Assembly (NCBI GenBank): GCA_043228905.1
Contig: JBHGNT010000014.1
Coordinates: 14,508,001 to 14,572,000 of the forward strand
DNA: 64,000 bases
Reading direction: 5' to 3'
Source of the DNA: Azolla caroliniana
Lineage: Eukaryota; Plantae; Polypodiophyta
Shown here piece after piece: positions 24,401 through 37,417 of the stretch (its first letter is position 1; every line of letters starts with the position of its first letter). Under the pieces are notes generated by a model that searched no databases, was not told the DNA's origin, and was given only the letters and a program-made list of their open reading frames with translations. The position numbers and the translations under genes were made by a program.

Positions 24401-26791
24401 CCGAACGCAGACAAATCGTTCGAAGTTCGGACGTTGTGTTCAACGAGTCGGCTATGAATCCATCAGTCGAAAAACCGATCGAAGTCCAAAGGGTAACATT
24501 CTCCGATGTGCCGACCCTTCAAGAAGGCCCCGCTCTCAACACACGGTCAGCTTCACGGGTAGCTGAACCTTACACTACCGACTCGGACAACTCCGACTCG
24601 GCACAGCCGAATGATTCGCTTTCGGACCATCCGACCACGATACCCGATGCGACCAGTCCAATCATGCCTCGACGATCCGAGAGACTGTCGCAACCTCCGG
24701 AGAGGTACTCTCCTGGAATTTTCTTCACCGACGCCGGCGAACCGACGTCTTACGAAGAAGCATCGACATCTGTCGATTCAGCCACCTGGCATCTGGCGAT
24801 GGAGTCGGAAATGCACTCCATTCGGGCAAACAAGACTTGGGATCTGGTCGAATTACCTAGGAACCGACGTGCTCTTCCTTGCAAGTGGGTCTATCGACTA
24901 AAAGAGACGTCTGATTCGACCACCCCAAAGTACAAGGCCAGACTAGTTGCGAAGGGCTTCCGACAAGAATACGGCGTCGACTTCGACGAGATTTTTTCAC
25001 CAGTGGTGAAAATGACAACCCTTCGTTTCCTACTCGGCGTAGTGGCAGCCGACAACTTGGAGCTGATTTAGCTAGATGTCAAAACAGCCTTCCTCCATGG
25101 TGATCTTGACGAGGAAATTTATATGGAGCAGCCAAAAGGCTTCGTGGCAACTGGCCAAGAACATCTAGTCTGCCGACTCAGGAAGAGTCTATACGGCCTC
25201 AAACAGGCACCACGACAATGGTACAAGAAGTTCGACGACTTCATCCAATCGATCGGCTTCTCCAAAAGCGATGAGGACCATTGTCTCTTCACCAAACCAG
25301 CTCAAGATGGATCACCCATCTTCCTCATCATTTACGTGGACGACATGCTAATTTCTGGACGCCATGCGGGCGAACTTGCCGATCTCATTCGGCAACTGCG
25401 GTTGAAGTTTGCCATGAAGGACCTCGGTCCGGCACGACACATACTCGGCATGAAGATTAGTCGGCATCGCGATAAACGACATCTTTTTTTGTCTCAGACC
25501 GACTATATCGGACGTGTCTTGGAACGCTTCAACATGCAATCAGCCAAATCTGCTTCAACCCCGCTCCCCATGAATCTTCGGCTCTCTCAGCGAGACTGCC
25601 CGACATCCGGTCCGGAGGGGGATATATGAAGTCGGTACCGTATGCACCGGCAGTCGGCTCCCTTATGTACCTGATGGTCGCGACACGGCCTGATATCTCT
25701 CATGCCGTAGGAGTCGTTAGCAGATTTATGCACAATCCTGGCCGATCGCATTGGAACGCAGTCAAGCATGTGTTCAGATATCTGGCTGGCACAAAAGACC
25801 ATGGCATTCTTTTCGGTCCGAACCGAACCTCAGGCGTAGTCGGTTACACCGACTCGGATTTCGCCGGCTGTATAGACAGTCGGAAATCAACAACCGGATA
25901 CTGCTTCAAATTCGGCAATGGAGCAATCTCGTGGAAGTCGAAACTTCAGGAGTGCACAGCGACCTCAACGACCGAAGCAGAATATGTAGCTGCGTCCGAC
26001 GCGGCAAAAGAAGCTTTGTGGCTCGGTCGGCTGGCGCACACGTTTCGACAAGTCGACCATGACTCGGCTCCAGTTGTCTACAACGACAGTCAAGGTGCTG
26101 TTGCCTTGTCGAAAAATCCGGTTCACCACAACGCCTCCAAACATATCGACGTTCGATATCACTTCGTTCGGGACTGCGTCATTTCAGGGAAAATCGGTCT
26201 AGAGAAAATATCCACAACCGACAATGTCGCAGATGGAATGACCAAATGTCTTTCGGCAGACCGTTTTCGGTCTCTTCGGCATCAGATGGGCGTAACGACA
26301 AACCAGTCCGGTTAGAGCCGGACACAGAGCAGGATGGTTCCCGACAACCGACATCAGTTCCTTAATGATCGGCTTCAACTGTTCCGACCCGACCAGTTCG
26401 GTCTTCTGCCTTCGGACCCTGCCGACCCGAACAAAGCTGATATGTCCGAGAACCTAAGTCTATACCTGTAATCTTAGATAACCCATGTATACGCCCATTA
26501 CGGGGGAGTGTCGAATACATGTGTATAATGGACGTATTCACATTATCCCGTTTTGGCCATTTATGTAATTAGCATAAAGGGTAGTTGCCCTAAGTCGGTC
26601 ACTATATATAGTGACCTTGTAACCTTTTTGTAAGGTTGGATGTTGTATTATTGCTTTATGAATAAGAAGTCTTTTGTGTGTGTCTCTCTCTCTCTCTCTC
26701 TCTGATCAACGACCTACAATCTGTTATACGCAGGTACAGAAAAGAATCCATTGCTCCTTGATCTTCCGCACAGACGACCTCGCTTCCAACA
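21418..26791 (+). mobile_element. Copia G, young. LTRs 21418-21700 and 26509-26791; TSD AGTGA
   Basis: 283-bp near-identical LTRs; PBS at 21703; gag-pol ~22300-26315 with one stop (25069-25071) and one frameshift (~25626). Confidence 0.96.
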
Positions 26792-29700
26792 AGTGAAGCA
26801 ATTATGGCTGTCATAGGAGAAGTACGTGACAAAGGTGCTTCACCGGTTCAACATGTCAGATGCGAAACCGGTCGGATCGACACTTCCGGCAAACTGCAGG
26901 TTATCTGGTAAGCAAAGCCCGAAGACGAAAGCAGAGAAGGCGGATATGATGAAGATTCCATATGCCTCTGCCGTCGGGAGCTTAATGTACACAATGGTTT
27001 GTACCCGACCGGATATAGGATACGCAGTCGGAGTGGTGAGCCGGTTTATGAGCAATCTCGGAAAGGAGCACTGGAACGCGGTCAAATGGATACTCCGGTA
27101 TTTGAAGGGCACTTCAAATATGTGTCTCCGATTCGGCTCCGGAAAACCTCAACTCGACGGTTTCACCGATTCAGACATGTCGGCTGATGTGGATACCAGC
27201 CGGTCTACATCCGGGTATGTAATGACATATGCAAGGGGAGTTGTTTCGTGGCAGTCGAGGCTGCAGAAGACGGTTGCATTGTCAACCACGGAGGCGGAGT
27301 ACATGGCAGCTGTGGGAGCCGGCAAGGAAATATTATGGATGAAGGACTTCATCGGAGAGCTCTATTGCGATAGTCAAAGTGCCATCCATCTTGCTAAGAA
27401 TGCGGCCTACCATTCCCGGACGAAGCATATCTAGCGAAGATATCACTGGATCCGGGAAAGAGTAGATGACCAGGAGTTCGCGCTGATGAAGATCCACACG
27501 GCCGAGAACGGTTCAGATATGCTAACCAAAGGGTTGATACCCGACAAGCTGGATGCATGCCGGAAGAGAATCAAACTGGTAAGACACTCCATGCCGGAGT
27601 GAAGGGGGAGTTTGTTGGGAGACAGGTCCCTCCGGATGGATAAGGAGTACCCGGCTACGGAGAGCCGGATGGTGCAGACCCGGTGAGAACCGGATGAGGA
27701 GTACCCACCCGGCTACGGAGAGTCAAATGGTGTAGACCCGGTGAGAACCGGATGAGGAGTATCCGGCTACGGAGAGCCGGATGGTGGAGACCCGGTGAGA
27801 AGCGCTCTCCGGATGAAGTGACATATTCGTAAATATGTTTCTGAGAGTCCATCGTGGCTATATTTGTAAATAGCCGAAAAGTCATAATAGTATAAATATG
27901 ACTTAGGGCAAACTTTTGAATGTTGTTTTCATTCTTGTTGGTGCAAGGTGAGAGAGAGCACGTAACTGTGTACAGAGAGAGAGAGAGAAAGAGGTCGTTG
28001 CCTCTGTTGTAGCTGCTGCCTGTGGCGAGAATCGTGAGCACAAGGTCGTCGCCTCTGTGAACTCACTGTTGTACATTCTAACATAGTGATAGTTTGCAGC
28101 CTGTGGGCTGCCGTGGTTTTTTCCCTTAGTTTGGGTTTTCCACGTAAACATCTTGCGTACTCGTCTCCTCTTCGTGTCGTTCATTATTTCCCGTTTTCTG
28201 TGTATGATTCTAAGCTCGGTTGTGGCTGAGCGTTGCATATAGGGAGCGTGCAGTTCCCGTCACTCAACTAGTTTATGAGAGAGGATTAGGTGACATTTAC
28301 TCCTAACTCGGGATGATGTATGAAAGATAACGACTTTAGTTTTCGCTAGATTCACTACCAATCCTCGTTGTGTACAAAAGTCATCTAGGGCATTAAGATG
28401 CTTTTGTAGGTCGTGTTCCGACTCCGAGAGCAAGACAATGTCGTCTGCGTAGAGTAAGAGACTAACTTGCGTATCCCCAATAGCTACTCCCTTGCCTCCC
28501 TTACGAGCAATAAAATCAGTGATCTCATCAATGTAGATCCCAAAAAGAGTTGGTGATAGGGGGAAACCCTGTTTTACACCAATGGTGCTAGTGAAACAAT
28601 CAGATAGGCCACCTGGGCATCTTATGCACCTAGAGACTTGCTCATATAGGGCATAAATGGCCTAGATCATGTCATTTGGTATCTCCAACCTTTTATGTCT
28701 ATCAAACAACTTCTCCCTAGGAACTGTGTCAAAGGTTTTGCGGAAGTCCACAAAGCAACAATATAGTTTCTTCTTACAAGCCTTCGTTTGGTCAATTAAG
28801 CACCTAAGTGTGAAGATATGGTCAATAGCGGAGAAGGCTTGTCTAAAGCCAACTTGCTCCGGTGCTCAAAGATTTAATGTTTCCATATAATCGCTTAGTT
28901 CCGTTTCCATTACCGCACCATATAGTTTAGCGAGCGTATGACCTATCATAATGGTCCTATATGTATTTGGGTCCATTGGGTCCCCTCCTTTATGTATAGG
29001 GGCCACTGTGTTCATGGTCCATTGTGGTGGAAAACCCTCGGCGAGGGCGTGGTTGAAGATTAGAGTGAGAAAGGGGGCTAGGCACTCTCGAGCATATATG
29101 TTGTGCTCTGCTCGCAATCTTGTGTGGTCCATGGATTTCCTATGTTGTAATTTTTTATGACCTTCGTGACCCTAGAGGTCGTGAGAAGTGTCCCCATGGT
29201 AGGTCGAGGTGTGGAAGGCATTGGAATGGGTGGTTGGTTCGGGACATGGTAGAGTCTCTCAATATATGTGTGCCAAATATTGGGATCCTCGATGGGTGTT
29301 TGTGGTCGCGGTTCCCGTAGTCTCTTCCATGCAAGGGCGCAATCCTTACTCATGAGCATATGGTAGAGTTCCCATTATTGAGATGCTTCCCAAGCTCGTC
29401 TTTTAAGACGTGTCATCTTGCGCATCTCTTTTCGAGCATGTATTGAGGAAATAGTACCACTAAGTCACGACACATTAAGTTGTCTATACAACTCTCTACA
29501 ATCCTCGTCATACCACTTGTTCTGTTGCATAGATCCTATTCTACTATGATTGGAGTGTTTCGTGTATGGGAAGCTACTAATTGTTGCTGAGTGAAGGATG
29601 TGTGCGAGTTCTGTAGTGAGGTTCTCTAAAGGCAAGGAAGAATGAAAAGAGGAGAGATGGGCTTGAACATGTCGGGAGTAGATGTCAGTGAGCTCATGCG

Positions 29701-31078
29701 TGAAATGTATTATGGTGTGATGGTTTGGTTGCCTAGAGTTGGTGGCATGGGAGGTGTCCCATTTGAGCTCAAAGTATAGGAAGCTATGGTCTGCACCAAT
29801 GGGACATGGGGCCACCTGGAAGGAGTTAACCATGTGGGTAGCTTCAGGGCGTCCTATTAGGTAATCAACTATGCTTTCCCCTCCTCCATATGGGAAACAT
29901 GTGAGCGCTTCCGAGCTCGACCACTTGGCTAAGCCATTATATATGATCATCTGGTGTTGGCTTCCGAGTTCAAGCAGATGATGGCCAAAGATTGTGACAT
30001 CCGCACCTTGATCCTTTGATGTACGCATTATGTCTAAGTCTAAAGGGTTGACATTCACCATTTCTAGGTTTCTATCCATTTGAAATATTGTGCATTGTCG
30101 GGATTGGGTTCTCGCATTGAAATCTCCTACAAGGAAGATTTCCCCTTGAGAAGAATATCGGATTATGTCATCTGATAAAGGTTCATATGGAGAAGACCCA
30201 TGTGGCGCTCCTTCATCAACTATACTCGCCTCTCTAGCCATATTATACCGGGATCCTTTCAGGGAGACGTAACAAATGGTGATAAATATCGCTTGATCCT
30301 TGCTAGTGAGGACTTTCACCCACATAAAACAGGCTTCTAGGTCTTTCTTTAGTATTTCTATCCTATTATGTATCTCTCTCCGAAATAGTATTGCAACCCC
30401 TCCAAACCCTCTAGTAGTATGTCGACGTGAGGTTCTAGAGAGAGAGAGAGAGAGAGAGAGAGGTTTTAGCTCAAAGAGACTATCTTACATTAGTCACTGG
30501 TTTACCTTTACAAGGTCAGTTACCCACTTATATAGTTAGGTTAACTGTGTGTTCACACTAGAGATACAAGGTGGGCAGAGTGAGACTTTTATCCCAACAA
30601 ACTCCCCCTTAAAAGGACTACTCTATCTACATACAATGATATGGGGTTATCTCCCCTGTAAGCTTAAATTACAACTTGTAAAGAATTGGGTATGATTCTT
30701 GTGTAGTGGAAGAGATGTGTATTATGTGTATGTGTGAGAGGAATTAGAGGAGAGAAGAGAGAACACAAGATAGATTCAAAAAAGGAATACTCAAGAAGAA
30801 GATGTATATTCGCAAGTAAAGTAAGAGATACAAAAATGTAGCATTACAAGGAGTCACAACCGACTTGGTATGAAGTGCGAGGAGGGTGCTTTATATATAG
30901 TCACCCTCTCTCTTCATTAACTAACTACAACAACCACTCTCTCTCTTGGGGAATGTGAAGACTCATAGTCATGGGGAATATGTAACTCATTAGTTATGTG
31001 TCATAGAATATGATTCTATGACACATAGTTAATGTGTAGAGAGTAGTGGTGTGACTCTTGACCTTTGAGTAATCATAG

Positions 31079-34000
31079 TGTTGAGAATAGACGCTTCTAT
31101 TCACCTTCACCACTCGGTCACAACCAAGCAAGCTCGAATCAATGCAACAGAAAATAGGAACCACAGAGAGAAACACACGAATGCACAGGGATTTAACGTG
31201 GAAAACCCTATACGGGAAAAACCACGGGAGTACAAGACTCCAAACCAACACTATACAAGGAGAAGTATACAATGGCGAGCTGCAAGGCGACGACCTTGAG
31301 CTCGCATTCCTCGCCACAGGCGGCGGTATTTCACAGAGGCTTCGACCTCCTCGTCTCTCACGCTCTATCTCTCTCTCTCTCTCTCTCTCACGGCTGCTCA
31401 CTCTTCACACCTCTTGAGTGGAAAAACAGAAAAATGAGTAGCAACTACTAAACAGTTTGCCCTAAGTCATATTTATACTTATATGACTTTGGGCTATTTA
31501 CAACTATAGCCTCAGGGGCCCATAGCGAACATATTCACGGATATGTCCCTGCATCCGGATCGCTCTCCGGGTACATTCGTCATCCGGCACCGAAGCCGGG
31601 GTCTTCGTCATCCGGATCCGAAACCGAAACCGGGCTCGTCGGCATTCATCTCCGACATCCGACCATCCCATCCGAAGGGACCGTAATCTCAACAAACTCC
31701 CCCTTCACTTCGGCATGGGATGTCTCTCCAATCCGATCCTCTTCCGGCATGCTTCCAGCTTGTCGGGTGTGAGGACCTTGGTCAGCATATCCGACCCGTT
31801 CTCGTCCGTGTGGATCTTTGTCAGCACGAACTCCTTGTCTTCTATCCTTTCCCGGATCCAGTGATATCTTCGCTGGATGTGCTTCGTCCGGGAGTGATAG
31901 GCCGCGTTCTTCGCAAGGTGGATTGCACTCTGACTGTCGCAGTAGAGTCGGTACTCCTCCTGTCGGATACCGAGCTCTCTAATGAAGTCCTTCATCCATA
32001 TTATTTCCTTGCCGGCTTCAACAGCCGCCATGTACTCCGCCTCTGTGGTTGACAACGCAACCGTCTTCTGCAGCCTCGACTGCCATGAAACAGCCCCCCC
32101 TGCATACGTCATCACATACCCTGATGTGGACCGGCTGGTATCTGCATCAGCCGACATATCCGAATCGGTGAAGCCGTCGAGTTCGGGCTTCCCGGAGCCG
32201 AATCGGAGGCACACGTTTGCCGTGCCCTTCAGGTATCGGAGTATCCACTTGGCCGCGTTCCAATGCTCTTTGCCGGGATTGCTCATGTACCGACTTACCG
32301 CTCCGACTGCATATCCGATGTCCGGTCGGGTACACACCATTGCGTACATCAAGCTCCCGACGGCAGAGGCATATGGTACTTTCATCATGTCCTCCTTCTC
32401 AGCCTTTGTCTTGGGGCTTTGCTTGCTGGACAACTTGCAGTTTGCCGGGAGGGTCGATCCGACCGGTCTTGCTTCCGACATGTTGAACCGGTGAAGCACC
32501 TTTGTCACGTACTTCTCCTGTGACAGCCACAACTGCTTCTTGCTCCGGTCCCGGATGATGTGCATCCCTAGTATTTGTCTCGCCGGACCCAAGTCCTTCA
32601 TTGAGAAGGTTCGGTGAAGAGCCTTCTTCAGCATCCGTATCTTGACCTGGTCCCGTCCGACGATCAACATGTCGTCCACGTACAGGAGGAGTATTAGAAA
32701 GTCTCCTCCTTCGAACTTCTTCACAAACACGCAGTGGTCGGACTGCGTTTTTAGGTACCCTTCGTCGGTCATGAAAGAGTCGAACTTCCGGTACCATTGC
32801 CGGGGAGCCTGCTTCAGTCCGTAAAGGCTCTTCTTCAACCGGCATACCAGGTGCTCCTTCCCTTTCTTCTCGAATCCTTCCGGTTGCTGCATGTAGATCT
32901 CTTCATCGAGGTCACCATGAAGGAATGCCGTCTTCACGTCCATCTGTTCTACCTCGAGGTCCATGCTTGCCGCTATGCTCAGCACCGTCCGGATGGAGGT
33001 CATCTTCACTACCGGGGCAAATATCTCGTCGAAGTCGACGCCCTTCTTCTGCTGAAACCCCTTCACCACGATCCTGGCTTTGTATCTCGGGGGGTTTCCG
33101 GCATCTCCCGGTTTCAGCTTGAACACCCACTTGTTTCGAAGTGCCCGCTTTCCTTTCGGCAACTCAACAAGTTCATATGTGTGGTTCTCATGCAGGGAAT
33201 CCATCTCGTCCTGCATGGCACTCAACCACCTGCGGCTCTGGGTGTCATGCTTTGCTTCTTCAAAGCTCTCCGGTTCCCCCTCGTCGGTTAGCAGCACGTG
33301 CTCTGGTTCCGGAAATCTCCGGGGGGCCCTCCTCTCTCTTAGAGGATATCTCCGTTTGGGAGCTTCGGTAACCGGTTCTTCCGATTCTTCTTCTTCATCC
33401 GAATCCATTTCGGGATCGGGGCCGGTTCCGGTATCATTTTCATCTTCTTCGGCCGGTTCTGTTTCTTCACCGTCTTCGGCCGGGTCCTCGAGTGCTAACC
33501 GGTCCCTTGCCGGTCGGGACTGCTCCTCGTAGAGTTGATCCTCACCGGTCGACTTGGAGCTCTTCATCTTCTTCTCCGACTCCCAGTCGGCGAGTGTCTT
33601 GTTCTCCATGAAGATGATATCACGACTCCGGAATATCTTCTTGTCGACCGGGTCCCATACTCGGTAGCCGAACTCGTCGTCGCCGTAACCGAGGAATATG
33701 CATGGCCGGGTCTTCGGATCTAGCTTTCCTCTCCGGTCCTTTGCCACATGCACGTATGCGAGACACCTGAACACCTTCAGATGCCGGTAAGATATTTCCC
33801 TACCGGTCCACACTCTCTGCGGCGTGTCTCCGTCCAAAGGTACTGAGGGTGATCGGTTTATCATATATGTCGCCGTCGACATTGCCTCAGCCCAAAACCC
33901 CTTGGGTAATTTCGCATGCGCCAGCATACTCCGGACCCTCTCCATTATGGTCCGGTTCATCCTCTCGGCCAGCCCGTTCAGTTCCGGCGTCTTCGGCACA

Positions 34001-36425
34001 GTAAACTCGAGCCGGATTCCCTTCGAGCGACAGTACTCCGCGAACTGCCCCCGGTATTCCCCTCCGTTATCCGCTCGTATCGCTTTCAGCTTCTTGCCGG
34101 ATTCCCTTTCCACTCTCGCGTGGAGTTCTTTGAAGACGCACAACACTTGGTCCTTTGTCTTCAACGGTGCCGTCCACAGTCTTCGGCTGTGATCATCTAT
34201 GAATGTTACGAAGTACTGGGCTCCGCCATGTGACTTCGTTTCTACCTGACACACGTCGGTGTGCACCAACTCCAATGGTGCGCTACGTCTCGTCGGTGGC
34301 CTTGAGTGGAAGGAGGTTCGGTTCTGCTTACCGGCCAGGCAATCGGTGCACTTCTCCAGGTGCACATGCTTCACCGGAATAAGGTTGTCTTCTGCAAGCC
34401 TCTTCATCCCCTTCTCACTCATGTGGCACAGTCTTTTGTGCCACAGCTCACCGGCAGTGTCGGCTGCCACATTCAGCTCTTCCGGACATAACCGGGCATT
34501 CATCAGGTACAGTGTGTTGACTTTCCGGGCCCGAGCCACTATCAGGCTCCCCTTGCTGAACTTCATTACGCCGTTCCGGATGCTACCTGTGTAGCCTTCG
34601 TCGTCTAGCCTTCCGGCCGAAATCAGGTTCAATCGAACCTCCGGAACGTGTCGGACATCCTTCAGCAGCAGTTTGCATCCGGTCGGGGTTGTCAACCACA
34701 CGTCTCCGATGCCGGCAATCCGGCACGTACCTTCATTTCCCATCCGAACACAGCCATGCTCACCGGCTGTGTAGGATGAGAAGTATCTTCTCTCCGGGGT
34801 CAGGTGGAACGATGCTCCGGAATCGACCACCCAGGTCGTCTCATCGCCGGCAATGTTTAGCTCACCTTCTTCGGTGATGAGCATGATTTCTTCCTCACTT
34901 GCCGCGAGTGCCGTCGTTCCTTTCCGGTCCTGCCCTCGCCGATCCGAACCTCTCCGGTCCGTGGCTCCCCGGTATGCACCGTTTCTCTCCGGTGACTTCT
35001 TCGAATCGGTGTCGTCGGCTCCGTTGTCTTTTCGGTAATGCCGACAATTCTTTCGGAAGTGCCCCGGCTTCCCACAGTGGAAGCATGTGGGCCTTCCTCT
35101 TGACTGCGACTGGGTCCCCGACTTCTCCCGTCTTTGCGGACTCCGGTTCCATTGTCTTCCCCGATCCGATTCGGTAAGCAGCGCCTTCGAGTCGGAGGCC
35201 GGTTCTTTATCTCTCCGACGCGCTTCTTCGTTCAAAATACTTGTCTTTACCGTTTGTAGGGACAAGTTATCTTCGGTGCAGGAGGTGCTGAGAGTCACCA
35301 CCAAGTTCTCCCAGCTTTCCGGCAATGTACACATCAGGATGATGGCTTGCATTGCATCCTCCAACGGGAACTTGATCGCCGCAAGCTGATTCACGAATCC
35401 CATGAACGTGCTTACGTGTTCCACCATACTCTCGCCGTCCCGGTACTTGAGATTCACTATCTTCCTCATCAGGGAGGTCCGATTCAACGCATTCTTCCTC
35501 TCGTAGAGGCCCGACAGCTTCTTCCACATTTCATATGCGTTGGTGTCGTTTGCCACATGTTGTAGGACGCTCACGTCGACGTATTGCCGAATGGTTGCAA
35601 CGGCTTTCCGGTTCAGAAGCCTCCATTCCGACTCAAGTACCCCTTTCGGTATTTCCGACCTGTCAATCGGTTCGTACAGGTCCCGAACAATCAGAAGATC
35701 TTCCATCTTGATCTTCCAGTCGGCGTAGTTCTGCGCAGTCAGCACCATCATCCCCGGCTGCCCGCTGCCGCCGCCTTCCATTTTCTGCAGCAGTTCGCTC
35801 TGATACCAGTTTGTTGAGAATAGACGCTTCTATTCACCTTCACCACTCGGTCACAACCAAGCAAGCTCGAATCAATGCAACAGAAAATAGGAACCACAGA
35901 GAGAAACACACGAATGCACAGGGATTTAACGTGGAAAACCCTATACGGGAAAAACCACGGGAGTACAAGACTCCAAACCAACACTATACAAGGAGAAGTA
36001 TACAATGGCGAGCTGCAAGGCGACGACCTTGAGCTCGCATTCCTCGCCACAGGCGGCGGTATTTCACAGAGGCTTCGACCTCCTCGTCTCTCACGCTCTA
36101 TCTCTCTCTCTCTCTCTCTCACGGCTGCTCACTCTTCACACCTCTTGAGTGGAAAAACAGAAAAATGAGTAGCAACTACTAAACAGTTTGCCCTAAGTCA
36201 TATTTATACTTATATGACTTTGGGCTATTTACAACTATAGCCTCAGGGGCCCATAGCGAACATATTCACGGATATGTCCCTGCATCCGGATCGCTCTCCG
36301 GGTACATTCGTCATCCGGCACCGAAGCCGGGGTCTTCGTCATCCGGATCCGAAACCGAAACCGGGCTCGTCGGCATTCATCTCTGACATCCGACCATCCC
36401 ATCCGAAGGGACCGTAATCTCAACA
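31079..36425 (-). mobile_element. Copia D, intact. LTRs 35812-36425 (5') and 31079-31694 (3'); TSD CATAG
   Basis: LTRs differ by about one substitution and one CT unit; PBS 35796-35808; PPT 31695-31705. Confidence 0.97.
31705..35781 (-). CDS. Copia gag-pol polyprotein (Tnt1-like), 1358 aa, uninterrupted
   Basis: CCHC knuckle, WVVDSGAS protease, HHCC and DDE integrase, RT YVDDML, RNase H GFTDSD...ENGSDMLTK. Confidence 0.96.
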   Translation of the reverse strand: MEGGGSGQPGMMVLTAQNYADWKIKMEDLLIVRDLYEPIDRSEIPKGVLESEWRLLNRKAVATIRQYVDVSVLQHVANDTNAYEMWKKLSGLYERKNALNRTSLMRKIVNLKYRDGESMVEHVSTFMGFVNQLAAIKFPLEDAMQAIILMCTLPESWENLVVTLSTSCTEDNLSLQTVKTSILNEEARRRDKEPASDSKALLTESDRGRQWNRSPQRREKSGTQSQSRGRPTCFHCGKPGHFRKNCRHYRKDNGADDTDSKKSPERNGAYRGATDRRGSDRRGQDRKGTTALAASEEEIMLITEEGELNIAGDETTWVVDSGASFHLTPERRYFSSYTAGEHGCVRMGNEGTCRIAGIGDVWLTTPTGCKLLLKDVRHVPEVRLNLISAGRLDDEGYTGSIRNGVMKFSKGSLIVARARKVNTLYLMNARLCPEELNVAADTAGELWHKRLCHMSEKGMKRLAEDNLIPVKHVHLEKCTDCLAGKQNRTSFHSRPPTRRSAPLELVHTDVCQVETKSHGGAQYFVTFIDDHSRRLWTAPLKTKDQVLCVFKELHARVERESGKKLKAIRADNGGEYRGQFAEYCRSKGIRLEFTVPKTPELNGLAERMNRTIMERVRSMLAHAKLPKGFWAEAMSTATYMINRSPSVPLDGDTPQRVWTGREISYRHLKVFRCLAYVHVAKDRRGKLDPKTRPCIFLGYGDDEFGYRVWDPVDKKIFRSRDIIFMENKTLADWESEKKMKSSKSTGEDQLYEEQSRPARDRLALEDPAEDGEETEPAEEDENDTGTGPDPEMDSDEEEESEEPVTEAPKRRYPLRERRAPRRFPEPEHVLLTDEGEPESFEEAKHDTQSRRWLSAMQDEMDSLHENHTYELVELPKGKRALRNKWVFKLKPGDAGNPPRYKARIVVKGFQQKKGVDFDEIFAPVVKMTSIRTVLSIAASMDLEVEQMDVKTAFLHGDLDEEIYMQQPEGFEKKGKEHLVCRLKKSLYGLKQAPRQWYRKFDSFMTDEGYLKTQSDHCVFVKKFEGGDFLILLLYVDDMLIVGRDQVKIRMLKKALHRTFSMKDLGPARQILGMHIIRDRSKKQLWLSQEKYVTKVLHRFNMSEARPVGSTLPANCKLSSKQSPKTKAEKEDMMKVPYASAVGSLMYAMVCTRPDIGYAVGAVSRYMSNPGKEHWNAAKWILRYLKGTANVCLRFGSGKPELDGFTDSDMSADADTSRSTSGYVMTYAGGAVSWQSRLQKTVALSTTEAEYMAAVEAGKEIIWMKDFIRELGIRQEEYRLYCDSQSAIHLAKNAAYHSRTKHIQRRYHWIRERIEDKEFVLTKIHTDENGSDMLTKVLTPDKLEACRKRIGLERHPMPK

Positions 36426-36721
36426 CATAGATTCTCAAAAGGTGTGTTCACACGTTGCACTATGTTGAGCTTGATTCTCATCACATCCCCTCAAGCTCAA
36501 CTCGGGTCGGTTCCTTTTGATTGATGTCCGCTTTGGCTGGTATCCGGTTTAGATGATCTCCGGTGTCCGCTTTGGCTCATACCCGGTTCGGACGGTATCC
36601 GGTTCTCGCTTGTACTCCCCCTCAAGCTTGGCAAGTCAGGGATCGTCAATCCGAGGTCTGACATGAATTGCCGAAGCTTGTCGGTTCCGAATGAAGTGGT
36701 AGTGCACTTTGATATGCTTTG

Positions 36722-37417
36722 TGTTGAGAACTCGACGTTCCTTATGTCCGACGCTCGGCCACAACTGAGATTCTTTACATACACAGAAAAACAGGTAATG
36801 AAAACGCGACACAAAAGAGGAGAAATGGTGCACAGGAGGTATACGTGGAAAACCCCAAAATGGGGGGAAAAACCACGGCAGCCCACAAGCTGCAAACTGT
36901 CACTATGCAGAAATATACAACAGTGAGATCACTGAGGCAACGACCTCGTGTTCTCAGATCTTCGCCACAGGCGGCGGTTACAATAGAGGCAACGACCTCG
37001 TCTCTCTCTCTGTCTTTCTCTCTCACACTCTCTTTCTCGTTACGCGCTCTAATTTCTACTTGCACCAACAAGAAAGAATAACAACGAGAATGACAACCGT
37101 AACTAAAAGTTTTCCCTAAGTCATATTTATACTAATATGACTTTTCGGCTATTTACAAATGTAGCCTCGATGGGCTCCATCCGGCTCTCCGCAGTCGGGT
37201 ACTCCTCATCCGGTTCATACCGGGCCTACACCATCCGACTCTCCGAAGTCGGGTTCTCCCCATCCGGTTCATACCGGGCCTACACCATCCGACTCTCCGA
37301 AGTCGGGTTCTCCCCATCCGGTTCATACTGTTTCGGCCTTGGCCTGTTGGCCTCAGCCGAGTTTGTTCGTCGGCACTGTTCTTCTCCCTTCCCATCCGGA
37401 GGGACCTGTCGTCAACA
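36722..37417 (-). mobile_element. Solo LTR related to the Copia F LTR, TSD CTTTG
   Basis: Reverse complement matches 19576-20333; interrupts Copia C RNase H at HAHTK|HIKVHYHF. Confidence 0.9.

Larger units (their letters stand above)
16654..28262 (+). mobile_element. Copia F, full length but disrupted. LTRs 16654-17411 and 27613-28262; TSD CTCAA
   Basis: PBS TGGTATCAGAG (tRNA-iMet) at 17414; PPT 27601-27610; gag CFYCGKPGH, protease VDSGAS, integrase, RT YVDD, RNase H; in-frame stops; two nested insertions. Confidence 0.95.
15094..30436 (-). mobile_element. LINE copy 2 (APE endonuclease, RT, Cys/His C-terminus), interrupted by Copia F, 5'-truncated inside the endonuclease
   Basis: GDFNARTQ (~30120), GVKQGFPLSPTLF (~28560), LLYADDIVLL (~28445), ERLCRLCHIEIEDEYHFTCKCPTY (~15790); stops and frameshifts present. 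Confidence 0.88.

Noticed and set aside
31720-35817. Many short antisense or alternate-frame ORFs over Copia pol (similar in elements C, E, F, G)
   Set aside because: Shadow ORFs of GC-rich coding sequence.
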